Positions 1-11,905 of a stretch of 64,000 nucleotides of DNA are shown here, in pieces. The notes under the pieces were generated by a model. The model saw only the letters and a program-made list of their open reading frames with translations. It was not told where the DNA came from and did not search any database. The stretch is from Octopus sinensis (Eukaryota): the NCBI RefSeq assembly GCF_006345805.1, contig NC_042998.1:164238001-164302000 (forward strand), given 5' to 3'. Positions within the stretch are counted from its first letter, which is position 1. Each line of letters starts with the position of its first letter. The translations under genes were made by a program, and so were the position numbers.

Positions 1-463
1 AGAACAGCTGCATAAAGAAGTGCTCTGCTCTAATTGTGGAGGGTATCTGTGGAAGGAGTAGAGCCAGGAAGATGTGGGACGAAGTGGAAAGAAAGGATCT
101 TCAGATGTTGGGCCTCACTGAGGAAATGACACTGGACCGGGAGATGTAATGATTTGCTGTACCTGAAAGAACGCATCAAGCTAAGCAAAATAACTGTCTG
201 GCGCGCATACAGGCTTGTCCTTTCAGGTGCTGGTGCCACTTAAAAAGCACCCATACCAGTGCTCCATAAACACACCCATGCCAGTGACATGTAAAAAGCA
301 TGCAGCAATTCTGTTAAGTGGTTGGCATTAGGAAGGGCATCCAGCTGTAGAAACCATGCCACAACAAACTGTTGGAGTCTGGTCAGCTCCCTGCTAGCCA
401 GCTCCATATCAAACCGTCCAACCCATGCCAGCATGGAGAGCAGGCGTTAAACAGTGATGATGA
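1..463 (+). mobile_element. 3' end of an RTE-clade non-LTR retrotransposon (decayed ORF C-terminus, 3' UTR and (GAT)n tail)
   Basis: The frame from nt 3 reads NSCIKKCSALIVEGICGRSRARKMWDEVERKDLQMLGLTEEMTLDREM**FAVPERTHQAK. This resembles the RTE ORF end (VEG.RGRGRPRKTW.E....DL..LGL...M..DR..WR) with two stops. The following UTR recurs at 11099, 62478 and 63545 and ends in gatgatga. Confidence 0.8.
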
Positions 464-539
464 AACTTATGTTCAGGACTTAATATAACAAGTTTACCAT
501 GTTTTTTTTTTTCTCGGAGAAATCTTGCAAGAATATTCT

Positions 540-916
540 GCTAACCAACCACATGGTTCCGGGTTCAGTCCCACTGCGTGGCATCTTGGGCAAGTGTCTT
601 CTGCTATAGCCCCGGGCCGACCAATGCTTTGTGAGTGGATTTGGTAGACGGAAACTGAAAGAAGCCTGTCGTATATATGTATATATATATATATGTGTGT
701 GTATATGTTTGTGTGTCTGTGTTTGTCCCCCTAGCATTGCTTGACAACCGATGCTGGTGTGTTTACGTCCCCGTCACTTAGCGGTTCGGCAAAAGAGATC
801 GATAGAATAAGTACTGGGCTTACAAAGAATAAGTCCCGGGGTCGATTTGCTCGACTAAAGGCGGTGCTCCAGCATGGCCGCAGTCAAATGACTGAAACAA
901 GTAAAAGAGTAAAGAG
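540..916 (+). mobile_element. tRNA-derived CORE-type SINE (family A), 5'-truncated
   Basis: B-box-like ggttccgggttcagtccc, CORE-like ctgcgtggcatcttgggcaagtgtctt, internal (TA/TG)n and an aaagagt tail; more than 12 copies in the window. Confidence 0.85.
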
Positions 917-933
917 TATCAGTTGACATTTAA

Positions 934-1153
934 CCCTTTCATTACTGTATATATTTTGAGATGCTCTGTGTTTCTTTCAATTATTTTAAACATAACAAAG
1001 AATTTAGTAAAATAACTTAGTTATCATTAAGCTAGTGTTAGGAACGTAAATTGTGACTAATGCTTGGTGGAATATTTTAATTCAAAACTTATGAAAACAA
1101 GACATTTTACCACAGAACCAGATCCAGTTTTGGCCAGGTTAGTAACAAAAGGG
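934..1153. mobile_element. piggyBac-type MITE
   Basis: TTAA on both sides (930-933, 1154-1157); TIRs CCCTTTCATTAC / GTAACAAAAGGG. Confidence 0.75.
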
Positions 1154-1821
1154 TTAAAGTCTTACTAATCTTGTGGCTGTTGTTGATGTTGGTATTTGTT
1201 TCAATATTTTTGCCTATACTAGTAGTCATTTGCTTGGCACATATTTAAATTCAATAGTTAGAATTGCAAAGTTAATTAGAATAATAATAATAATGATGAT
1301 GATGACAATGAAGAAGAGATGAAGTTTAAGAATAGATGTAGAAAAAAAAAAAGAAAACCACCCTTATGAGACCAAAAAAAGAGAAAGCTTAATTAAATCC
1401 TAGAATTCTTAAAGATCTAAGGAAATTTGTAAGATCTGGTATGAAAGCTGGTGAAAGTCTTTGCTCGGTGAAATGTGTGTTATTTCTTTGAACATCTTTG
1501 TAGTCTTTTGGGGTTTTTTTTTTCTTCCTCTCTTTTTAATCCTTCTCTTACTTCATATTTTTTTTTCTGGTAGTCCCATACCAGCATGAAGTTTTAAAAA
1601 CTTGGTTAACAATCTCTAGGAAGTTATTGTCAATTTGCTATTGACAGTATTATCGTGAACTATCTTATTACATGAAATTAGATTATAGATTTCTCGTGGC
1701 CATGTGAATCTAAACATACTAAAATGCACATGCACAAACATTGCATACTGCACTTTACATACATAGACACAAGCACATGAACACATTGGCTATAAGATAG
1801 TGTAAAATGGTTTTATATTCT

Positions 1822-2030
1822 TTTATGCTTTTATTTGTTTCAGTCATTTGACTGCAGCCAAGCTGGAGCAAACCTTGAGGGTTTTTTTTTTTTGTTTTTT
1901 TTTTGTCAAATCAACCCCCAAAACTTTTTTAAGCCTAGTACTTGTTCTGTTTCTTTCGCCGAACCACTAAGTTACAGGGACGTAAACACCCCAACACTGG
2001 TTGTCAGGCAGTGATGGCCACGCCTGCACC
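1822..2030 (-). mobile_element. SINE family A, internally deleted
   Basis: Reverse complement of the family A 3' half (tttcagtcatttgactgcagcc...cgccgaaccactaagttac). Confidence 0.75.
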
Positions 2031-2086
2031 TATTTTGTGTATTCTTACAATAACAACTAGATCACAAGGTTAACCCTCTTGCCTCT

Positions 2087-2257
2087 CAGCATGGGGTTCT
2101 CAAACTGGTCTCTATATGGCCCATGGAGGTCCACCATATAAGGTTTTCTTTTTAAAATTGATATGCAATAAATAGCTTATACTTCTACAACACAAAATAT
2201 TCTACTCTTTTTATGCCATTCCTAATATTTAATTATTAAAATATATATCTTTAATTA
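2087..2257. mobile_element. hAT-type MITE, left part only (same family as 48365-48621)
   Basis: gggttctcaaac TIR-like start; internal sequence aligns with 48365-48520; cut off by the SINE at 2261. Confidence 0.55.
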
Positions 2258-2260
2258 TAT

Positions 2261-2628
2261 AGGCTGTGTGGTAAAAAGCTTGCTTACCAACCACATGGTT
2301 CTGGGTTCAGTCCCACTGCGTGACACCTTGGGTAAGTGTCATCCACTATAGCCTCAGGCCAACCAAAGCCTTGTGTGTGGATTTGGTACATGGAAACTGA
2401 AAGGAGCCCATCATATATATGTTTGTGTGTCTGTGTTTGTCCCCCAACATCGCTTGACAACCAATGCTGATGTGTTTATGTCCCTCATAACTTAGCAGTT
2501 TGACTAAAGAGACCAATAGAAGAAGTACTAGGCTTACAAAGAATAAGTCTTGGGGTCGATTTGCTCGGCTAAAGGCAGTCCTCCAGCATGGCCACAGACA
2601 AATGACTGAAACAAGTAAAAGAGAGAGT
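2261..2628 (+). mobile_element. SINE family A, CpG-decayed copy
   Basis: ggctgtgtggtaaaaagcttgcttaccaaccacatggttctgggttcagtccc head, CORE-like segment and aaagagagt tail. Confidence 0.85.
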
Positions 2629-3736
2629 AATCATTGGAAGGGTCCATAGATAAAAAAAAACAGTCAAGAACTACTGGTGAAGAGTTTATAACCAAGAGCT
2701 TATGGGAAGATCCTAGTTTATATACTGCAATTTCTAGTAATATTCATTTTACAGTAAATTTCAGAGAAAAACTGATCAAACTGAATGCAGTTAAAAATTT
2801 GCTAGCATTTGTGATTGGTGTGAGTAGACTAATAACACAAACACACACACACATAATCAGGTCGCTCTGTCTGGTGTAGGTTTGTTTATTCAAATTGTCA
2901 TGTTTGTATATAGGTTAATGTAAACCTGATCACCATTTTAGTAGATGGTTGAATTTCTACACTTATTAGTAGTTATTCCCCTCTACACTCTGAGGGCGTT
3001 AAAAAAATATATGAACCATTTAAATTATAACCTATTTTCTTTCATTTTTGTTTTTAATTTATTTATTTAATCATTTGCTATTACTTTAAATTTAACCTGA
3101 CACGAACTGATATTTGGAGAACAAGTTGTCAAAATAGCTATATAGATGTTGTGAGGTGGCGAAAACTAAATGATTTAAGTTTCCCTATTTCCTTAAAGTT
3201 TTTTGGGTTCAAACCAGTTATTGGCTCTGCTTCATCATATACAACTGCTCAATTTAAAAACATTTTTTATCATAATTTTAGGAAAGATCATTTTGTTAAA
3301 CTTTTGCCTGTCTCTGTATCGGCTGTGATACGTAACTTTTTTCCCTTGGTGTCCATGCGTCATATCTGATACAATTAAAATTTGCTTTTCAACCTCCAGA
3401 TAACTTGAGATTTATGAGAGGAAATATTTATATATTTATATTACTCAAAATGTATAAAACAAGGACTAACTAAAGACATGAAAACAAGCATGGACATTTG
3501 AAAGAAACTTACGAAAATCTAAGGGTTAGAAGCTGTTCTAAACAGTAAGCTAATAATTAATAATGGAAGCATTAGTCATTTTATTACAATTGTATCTTCA
3601 ACATGTTTACTTTCCAAATTATCTGTAATTTATCTAATGTATTTATTTTTATTTCAAGTATATATATATGTGTGTGTGTTTATATATATGTGCATGTCTT
3701 TATGTACGTGTGTGTGTGTGTGTGTATATATATCAG

Positions 3737-4065
3737 TGGTGACACCTGGCTTAATTGTGAGACGATTACCTTAACCACTATCAGATCATGAGTCCAATTC
3801 CTGGCAAAGCAGTGTGTCCTTGAGCAAGACACTTTATTTCACATTGCTCTGGGCCACACAGCTGGCAAAAATGAGTAGTACCTATTTTTCAAAGGGCCAT
3901 CCTTGACATTGCCTGTGTGTCTCTCTGAATCTCTCTGAGAACTATGTTAAGGGCACACGTATCTGCGGACTGCTCTGCCATTTGCAGATTAATTTCACAA
4001 GCAGGCTGTTCCATTGATCAGATTAACTGGAACCATCACCGTCTTAACCGACGGAGTGCCAGTTG
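3737..4065 (+). mobile_element. tRNA/CORE-type SINE (third family)
   Basis: tRNA-like head, CORE-like gtgtgtccttgagcaagacactttatttcac; the 3' part resembles 53690-53835. Confidence 0.6.
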
Positions 4066-4199
4066 ATACCTGCATGAATGCAAAAGTGTGCAATGCATGC
4101 TTTTGATATAAAAATTAAATGCAAATAATAGATGCCACTTTTAATGTACATTGTTCATTTTTATGACAGACTGATACTCTATGTATCATACTGTTGAAT

Positions 4200-4420
4200 T
4201 GCATAGCCTAGTGGTTAAGATGTTGTTCTAATGATTGTGAGGTAGTGGTTTCAATTCTTGGACTGGGCAATGCATTGCATCCTTGTGCAGAACACTTTTC
4301 ATGTTGCTCCAGTCCACTCAGCCAGCAAAAATGAGTAATCCTCCAATAAACTGGCACTCTGTCCAGTGGGGAATATATCACAGAATCTAGGAAACCAGCA
4401 TTATGAGCATGTGGCACAAG
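4200..4420 (+). mobile_element. tRNA/CORE-type SINE, decayed
   Basis: A-box-like tagcctagtggttaag, B-box-like ggtttcaattctt, CORE-like ccttgtgcagaacactt. Confidence 0.55.
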
Positions 4421-4604
4421 AGGAACCTTTGCCCTTCTTTATGATGTACTGTTTTATAATTATATTGCTTAGATTTTTAATATTACTTGCTTTAGCTAAA
4501 TTAACTATTAGGAATTACCACCAGTATGTGCACGTGTATGCACACACACGCACATTTTGTGAGTATCTAATTGTATCTAATCTTGGATGTTCTTTTTTTT
4601 TCAG

Positions 4605-5080
4605 CTGGAGAATGTAAGGTGAACATGTGTCAAAAGCACTGGCCAGCTTACCATATAAGCAGAAACAAAGATTCCTCTAACACTGACTCTCACTCGTGCA
4701 TTTCTCTGCGAACAACCTGGCATTGCATACACAAAGTGACACGCGGCTGTGCGGGGAGCCTAGAGTATTACACCGAAAAGTCGCGTGTGAAAAGCCAGAT
4801 GGAACTGTACAAGTGTCCTTTTGAAGGAGATATTTACAACACAACCAATGCAATACAGAGGCCACCGGCACACCCACCAGACCCCGAGTGTATTTACAAT
4901 GGGAAAGGGGCTTACAAACATTGTGGGTTGTTCGGTGATCCTCACCTACGGACGTTCGATCATAAGTGCCAAACTTGCAAGATTGAAGGGGCTTGGCCCT
5001 TAGTCAACAATAAACATCTAATTGTCATGGTAACAAATAAGCGAGTTGGTCTGGATAGTAGTGCTACAGCTACAAGCTTG
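4605..5080 (+). CDS. RGM: Internal coding exon of a Repulsive Guidance Molecule (RGM/hemojuvelin family) gene: N-RGM helical domain plus start of the vWD-like domain
   Basis: Peptide GECKVNMCQKHW...CISLRTTWHCIHKVTRGCAGSL...HCGLFGDPHLRTFDHKCQTCKIEGAWPLVNNKHLIVMVTN...ATATSL has the RGM cysteine pattern, the GDPH site (4934-4945) and C(K)xxGAWPL. Acceptor tttttttttcag|4605 (phase 1) and donor 5080|gtaggt (phase 0) match the vertebrate RGM intron position after ATAT(S/N)K. Confidence 0.95.
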
Positions 5081-5599
5081 GTAGGTTTCTAATTTCTGTC
5101 TTTATTTTTTGTTTCTTTTTTTTTTTTTCCATATAACAACACTGATAAATTAGTGCTGTTTCTTTTATTTAATTGTCCTTTCATCTTCTGGAGGTTTTTT
5201 TCCCCCACTACCAATTTCTGAAGGGAGATGAGTCTTTCATACTTTCTTCTGATACAAAAGTTTTTTTCTCATTTGACCAATTTTCAGTTCCTTCAACAAT
5301 TTCTATTTTGTTTTTTAAGTTTTGAAAGCTTTGTGTTTGCCTATCATATATATATGTCTTTACAATTACACACACACACACATATATACTCATACACCCA
5401 TAAATATAGACACATATGTTTACACAAGTACATATGTAAGGAATTATACACATATTTACATAATTGTATAGATTTTTACATACACGCAAGCATACACGAT
5501 ATATGCATACATAATTATACACTTACGCACACACACACACATGTATACACACAAACATACACACACATACGTATTTTCTTTTAACATGCCAATGATATG

Positions 5600-6010
5600 T
5601 GGGAATTTTATGGTTGGGTGTCTTGACTTTTTGATTGTAAGGAAATTACTAAAGTTCACAGGGACTTGAATATTTCCATTCTCAAGTTTCATTTAGTTTG
5701 GTCTTTCTGAAAATTGGAATTCCTCATCCACCAGGAAATATCTTTCATCAGCTTTATAAGCACACATGTACATAACTTCAGCTATTCCTTCTCCTTATTT
5801 CCAATGAGTTAAGGCTAGCTACCACAGTTGTTTACATTAACCTTCTGAAATTGTCTATATTTGAATATTCTTTTGAGGACTGTGGTTTTTGAAATGTCAT
5901 CATTTGAATGTATAACGGCGCTGTTTGGCTTTTGTGGAATTCTCACATTAGAAATGCTTTTGAATTTAAGAATTACAACTGAAAAGAGTTGGAAATTGCA
6001 CTCTGACAAC
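5600..6010 (-). mobile_element. Possible heavily decayed Tc1/mariner transposase fragment
   Basis: Minus-strand pieces ISKTTVLKRIFKY and NKEKE*LKLCTCVLIKLMKD resemble the HTH and linker segments (SKTTV.RIL; DK..RL.FC.W.L) of DD34-type transposases; many stops. Confidence 0.3.
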
Positions 6011-6450
6011 TTGTATAAATATAGCTGTTTGTGGCTGAGACGAAGAAGAAATTGGTTTGGCTTACATAATCAAAAGAACATTTGAAATTAAAAACAAACT
6101 CTTCTCGGGTGGCCATCCATACTACAAAAGAAATATATCACTAAAAAGGGGGTGTTGTCTGTTCACTCACCAAGATCTTAAATGATAAAATTAAATACCT
6201 ATTTTTATTTTTTTTACAAATAATTTTTTTTTTTGTGTTATTTTGAAATCTCCCCTTCAGTTAAAAGTTTAGAAAAAACGAAAAAATTAGAGGAATGTAT
6301 AACTTTGTGTTTGTCTAGATGTAGCTGATGTAGGATTTAGATAACGGGATGAACTTATTGTTTTAGAATTACTATATGAATAATGAGATGTTGATGATGT
6401 AGAATTTGGTCTTTGCATCAATATTAAAGCTAAAAGAAACAAGAATCTAC

Positions 6451-6605
6451 TCTTTTACTCTTTTACTTGTTTCAGTCATTTGACTGCGGCCATGCAATCG
6501 ATCCCAGGACTTATTCTTTGTAAGCCTAGTACTTATTCTATCGGACCCTTTTGGCGAACCGCTAAGTTACAGGGACTTAAACACACCAACATCGGTCTTC
6601 AAGAA

Positions 6606-6670
<65 letters not shown>

Positions 6671-6837
6671 TATGACGGGCTTCTTTCAGTTTCTGTCTAC
6701 CAAATCCACTCACAAGTCTTTGGGCGGCCCAAGGCTATAGTAGATGACACTTGCCCAAAGTGCCACGCAGTGGGACTGAACCTGGAACCATGTGGTTAGT
6801 AAGCAGGCTATTTACCACACAGCCACTCCTGCGCCTA
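6451..6837 (-). mobile_element. SINE family A, full length
   Basis: Complete reverse-complement copy from the ttttactc tail to the ccacacagccactcctgcgcc head, with internal (CA)n(TA)n. Confidence 0.9.
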
Positions 6838-7134
6838 TAATTTCTCATTTTCATGTCTTTTTTTGTCTGAATTTTAGAATAGAATAAAAATACTGTACTA
6901 GTGTTAAAGAAAAAGAGCTGAAGAAAATATGAGTATGGGTTCAAATTTTGAAGTATTGAAATCCCCAGGAGCAAAATTTTTTATCCTAATCTGTGTCCTT
7001 TCATTATATTTTATTTGTATATATCGTCAGCAACTCTGAAAGTTCTAAAATTTAATGAAGATTTTTGAGTTTGTTGCATGGGATAGCTTTTAAAAAGCTT
7101 GAGCTAATATTGCTTTCAAGTTTTGACATGAGGC

Positions 7135-7332
7135 AAGTAATTTCAGAGGAGGGGTAGGTCAATCAGTTAACAACCCCAGTGCTCAACTGGAACTTACTTT
7201 ATTGACCCCACCCCCAAAAGGACAAAAGGCAAAGTCAACCTCAGAAGAATTTGAATTCAAAATGTAAAAACAGACAAAATGTCACTAAGCATTTTGCTCA
7301 TCATGGTAATTATTGTCAGCTCACCCACCTTA
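7135..7332 (-). mobile_element. tRNA-derived SINE family B, fully CpG-decayed copy
   Basis: Aligns to intact copies such as 50850-51062, but CpGs read TG or CA (aaagtcaacctcagaagaatttgaattc vs aaagtcgacctcggcggaatttgaactc). Confidence 0.8.
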
Positions 7333-7489
7333 ACTTGAGCTAATATTAAGATGGAAAAATTGAGGGTTATAGTAAGACTAGTAATAATTCTTTCTAGTAT
7401 AGGCACAATTTGGAGGGCTAGGCTAGTCAATTACATTATTAATAATGGACAAAATACTACTAAAAATTTTTGCCAGCTTGCTATTTTAA

Positions 7490-8122
7490 CCTTTAACATT
7501 CAGATTATCCTGTCATTGCAGTCCGTATTGATCCACATTATTTTCATTTAATCAAGCATTATCTCAATGTTTGAAGATTACAATGATGTAATTTTATATT
7601 TTTAGAATAACATTGTAGGGCAGGTGTGAGAGGCCAGATTTGACCAGTTTAAATGCTAAAAGTTTAATAGGACTAGTAATATTCATTTCTTACATTAGCT
7701 CAAGGCTACAGTTTTAAATTGATCCTAGTGTTTGACTTGATACACTGTTTCTTAGCTTCGAGTTCACCTTGATTTAACCATTTTGATATCAGTCCACTTG
7801 AGACCATCCATGATTCTATGATACAAACTTGATGTTTGAAATGATCTAAAGTCCAGCAAAATTTCATACTAATTTATGTTTCAAATACCAGCTTAATGAT
7901 TAACCCATAAGAATTTAAACTGGCCAAATCCGGCCAAAATATTCCACCTGGTTATGTTCAAACTGGCTAGATCTGGCCTCTCGTACCAATCCTACAATGT
8001 CTTTCTAAAAACTAACAATCACATCATCGAAATCTCAAAGCTATGTGATAATGTATGGTTCACTCAAAACAATGCGAATAAATAAGTTTTCTATTTGACA
8101 GAATAATCTGAATGCTAAATGG
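7490..8122. mobile_element. piggyBac-type MITE with long diverged inverted arms (or two head-to-head copies)
   Basis: TTAA|cctttaacattcagattatcctgtca ... tgacagaataatctgaatgctaaatgg|ttat; arms ~7490-7663 and ~7958-8122 are reverse-complementary at roughly 70-75% by eye; fragments also at ~8965 and 9410-9520. Confidence 0.65.
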
Positions 8123-9030
8123 TTATTTTATTAAATTTGTGACTATTTTCAAAATTAATTTAAATAAAAGGTATATATTTCATCAGCAATATGGTAGCAA
8201 GCGTTAAGCAAACCTCCAATCAAAGTTGGTTTAACCAATTACCATTCTTTCCTTTTGATCTTGTATATCACGAACCTCATTGTCCAATGTTCTTGACATT
8301 TGCAATTTGAGAGAGATATGGTTTAGCCAACTATCATTCTTTTTGATGTTGCATATCTAGGATCTCTTGTCATAAGCTCTTGAGATTTGTGATTTGAGAG
8401 AAACATGGCTGCTATTGCTAGCAGCATGAAGAACATCGTAGTTTCTTTCAATGGCTTATTAGTTACTTTCATCAACACTTGTGGAACTTTGGAACTGAGT
8501 ATGTGAATAAACATAGATAATCATGCTAGGCCTTTTGTTTGGTACTCTACAAATTCTACCACATTTTGTATTAAGGGAATTGATAACAAATCAGGACCTG
8601 TGAAAATTTCACTTTATTAAGTTTCTTAATTATCTTCTTCGGATGCATAAATTGATAGCACTTCACAACCTCATTTCAACATGTTTGAATTATGTCTTCA
8701 ATTTCATTGAAACTTAAGATGTTTAGCGTGTAAGGCAAACATACACAAATGCTGTGAAAAGTAGAATAATATATATAGAGATAATGACTATGTAACTTGT
8801 TAAGAAACCATGGGATAAAAAAAAAAAAAAAGGTGTCATAAAAAAATGTTATTAATACAATTAATGTAAACTAGAACTGGTTATTTATATTCAGGGTGTG
8901 ATCCTAAGTAGTCAACAAAGCTAAGTTTTATTTCAGAAGGGCAAGTAAGAAGCCACTGTTAACCCCTTAACATTCAGATTAAATAGTATTATAATTCTTA
9001 TTGATATTGTTGTAAATTTATCAGATATTA

Positions 9031-9370
9031 CTCCTTTACTCTTTGACTGTGGCCAAGCCTAGTACTTAGTCTATTGGTTTCATTTTTGCCAAATCACAAA
9101 GTTACAGGGATGTAAACACACCAACATTGATTGTCAAGTAGTGATGGGATAGGGGGACAAATACAGACATGCATACAGATACATATATATATATATATAC
9201 ACATACACGATTGGTTTATTTCAGTTTCCATCTATCAAATTCACTCACAAGGTTTGGTCAGCCCAAGGCTATAGTAGAAGACACTTGCCCAAGGGGCCAC
9301 ACAGTGGGACTGAACCTGGTACTATGTGACTGGGAAGCAAGCTTCTTACCACACAGTCATACCTGTGCCT
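9031..9370 (-). mobile_element. SINE family A, CpG-decayed
   Basis: Reverse-complement family A copy. Confidence 0.85.
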
Positions 9371-10333
9371 CTTGTATTTTTGAGATTTTGATGATGTGAT
9401 TGTATATTTTTTGAATGACATTGTAAGGTAGGTGTAAGAGACCCAAACTGATTGGTTTGAGCATAAAATGGGTAAAATATTTTGGCCAGACTTGGCTGGC
9501 TTAAATACTAGAGTAAAAAACCATAAAACAATCAGCCTGCCTCTGTAAAATCTCAACAATAGTGGCATTATTGATGTAAGAACTAGTTCTTAAATAGACA
9601 TATGGCCTAAAATTTTGGAAGGAAATAGTTGATTATTGGTGCTTTAATTTTATGGATCCCAGAATTATTAGCGAAGTTGATCTCTGCAGAATGTGTTTGA
9701 ACCCAAAATTAGTAAAAAAAAAAAAAAAAATCTTAACTAAATGCCGCTGGAGTAATGTCTAATGAATTAGCAAAACCACTGCCTTGTTATAATGACTTCA
9801 AGCGAGTTTTTCAGGTGTGTGATTTGGTGATTTTAATTAAATATGTTGTATGACTGCTTCTTGTTATCTGGTATCCCTGGAAGTTAAAGCTAAATTATCT
9901 GGGGATCCTTCACCACCTTTCAATTCCAATGATTTCTATTGGGAAAGCTAAACTTACAGGTAAGTTTCTAGCAGACCTAGCTTGCTATCTCAAATGTTGA
10001 TTCTTAATTAGAGCCACTCCACTTTAATTGTTGTTTAGTGTTACTTAGTCCTGTGCAAGCAGGTCTACGATTAAGGCAGTGATGTTTTCCTGCTTAAATG
10101 CATTAATTGGAAAGTACATGTACCTTGCTTCAATTATATAACTTAGGTTTTAAACATTGCATGCACATGATTAAGTATGCAGAGTTTCATCCACGCACAC
10201 CACGTTTTCACTCTCCCTTTCTTTCTTATTCTCTCTCCCTCCCTATTTATGTAATGTGTATATATGTGTGCGGTGTGTGTCTATGTGTCTGCGGTGTTTG
10301 TATATGTGTGCTGTGTGTGTTTGTATATGTGTG

Positions 10334-10750
10334 TGTTTGTATATGTGTGTGCGTGTGTATATGTTTGTGCAGTGTGTGTATGTGTGGTGTGTGTACATAT
10401 ATGTCTGTATATATATATCTGTATGTATGTGTGTGTGTGTGTGTATAAATGCATATTACTGTACCAGTTATGTAATAGGATTTACTGATTTGACTATACA
10501 CAAGATAGTTTTCTGTGTATTACCATACACACATGTTTGTATATGTGTGTGCGTGTGTATATGTTTGTGCAGTGTGTGTATGTGTGGTGTGTGTACATAT
10601 ATGTCTGTATATATATCTGTATGTGTGTGTATGTATGTGTGTGTGTGTATGTATGTGTGTGTGTATAAATGCATATTACTGTACCAGTTATGTAATAGGA
10701 TTTACTGATTTGACTATACACAAGATAGTTTTCTGTGTATTACCATACAT
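10334..10750. repeat. Direct tandem duplication, two units of ~200 and ~217 bp
   Basis: The unique core ataaatgcatattactgtacc...ttctgtgtattaccataca appears identically at ~10445-10529 and ~10665-10749. Confidence 0.9.
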
Positions 10751-11021
10751 ACATACATTCATCATATCCACTTCTCCATGCTCACAAGGGTTGGACGAAA
10801 TTTGATGATGTAGATATTTTTTTTACAGCCAAATGCCCTTTATGTTGTCAACCCTTACCCGTTTACCATGTAAGGTAATATTTCTCTATGACCACACATG
10901 TCTTGGAAGATTGAAAATGAAAATGTTGCTTGCTTGACGGGGACACTCACTTACAGCTATCATGCAATGTTCAGGAAAGGAGACAGTAAAACACACACAT
11001 AGATATATACCTTTTTTCCCT

Positions 11022-11046
11022 CTGATGAAGAGCCATGCCCGAAACG
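11022..11046 (+). ncRNA. Truncated hammerhead ribozyme motif (core and stem II only)
   Basis: CTGATGA-A-GAGC-CAT-GCCC-GAAAC; no stem III or stem I partner follows. Confidence 0.5.
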
Positions 11047-11098
11047 ATGCAGCCACCCCCACCATCTTTTTTCCATCTTAAACTGTCAACCTTATACA

Positions 11099-11367
11099 TA
11101 TCATCATCATCATTTAGTGTCCACTTTCCATGCTAGCATGGGTTGGACGGTTCAACTGGGGTCTGTGAAGCCAGAAGGCTGCATCAGGCCCAGTCTGATC
11201 TGGCAGTGTTTCTACGGCTGGATGCCCTTCCTAACGCCAACCACTCCGTGAGTGTAGTGGGTGCTTTTTACGTGCCACCCGCACAGGTGCCAGACGGAGC
11301 TGGCAAACGGCCACGGACGGATGGTGCTTTTTACGTGCCACCGGCACGGGGGCCAGGCGAGGCTGGC
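11099..11367 (-). mobile_element. RTE-related 3' UTR element (SINE or truncated LINE)
   Basis: (CAT)n tail, then ttccatgctagcatgggttggacgg...ctggatgcccttcctaacgccaacc, the reverse complement of the UTR at 240-463. Confidence 0.8.
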
Positions 11368-11521
11368 ATAATATATATATTATTATTAATTAGCAGCTGT
11401 AACAGTCACTCAAGGTCCAAGAGTTTCATTCGATGGCACTTACTAAACTTGATGGGTGCCATTGCATGAAACTCTTGGACCTTGAGTCACTTTGCTACAT
11501 CTCGTGAATATTGATAAAAAT

Positions 11522-11905
11522 ATGCAGGAGTGGCTGTGTGATAGGAACCTTGCTTCCCAGTCACATGGTTCAATCCCACAACGTAGCACCTTGCGCAAGC
11601 CTCGGGCCGACCAAAGACTTGAATGGATTTGGCAAATGGAAACTGAAAGAAGCCCGTCGTTTACATATGTGTGCGTGTGTTTGTGTCTGCCTGTCCCCCC
11701 ACCCCACCCCACCCCACCCCACCGTCACTTGACAACCGCTGTTAGTATGTTTACGTCCCGTGACCTAGCGGTTCGGCAAAAGAGAACGATAGAATAAGTA
11801 CTACGCTTAACAAAGGGTAAGTCCTGGCGTCGATTCGTTCGACTAAAAGTAGTGCTCCAGCATGGCCGCAGTCAAATGCGTAACAAGTAAAAGAATAAAA
11901 GAAAG
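11522..11905 (+). mobile_element. SINE family A, full length
   Basis: gcaggagtggctgtgtg head through the aaagaataaaaga tail. Confidence 0.85.
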
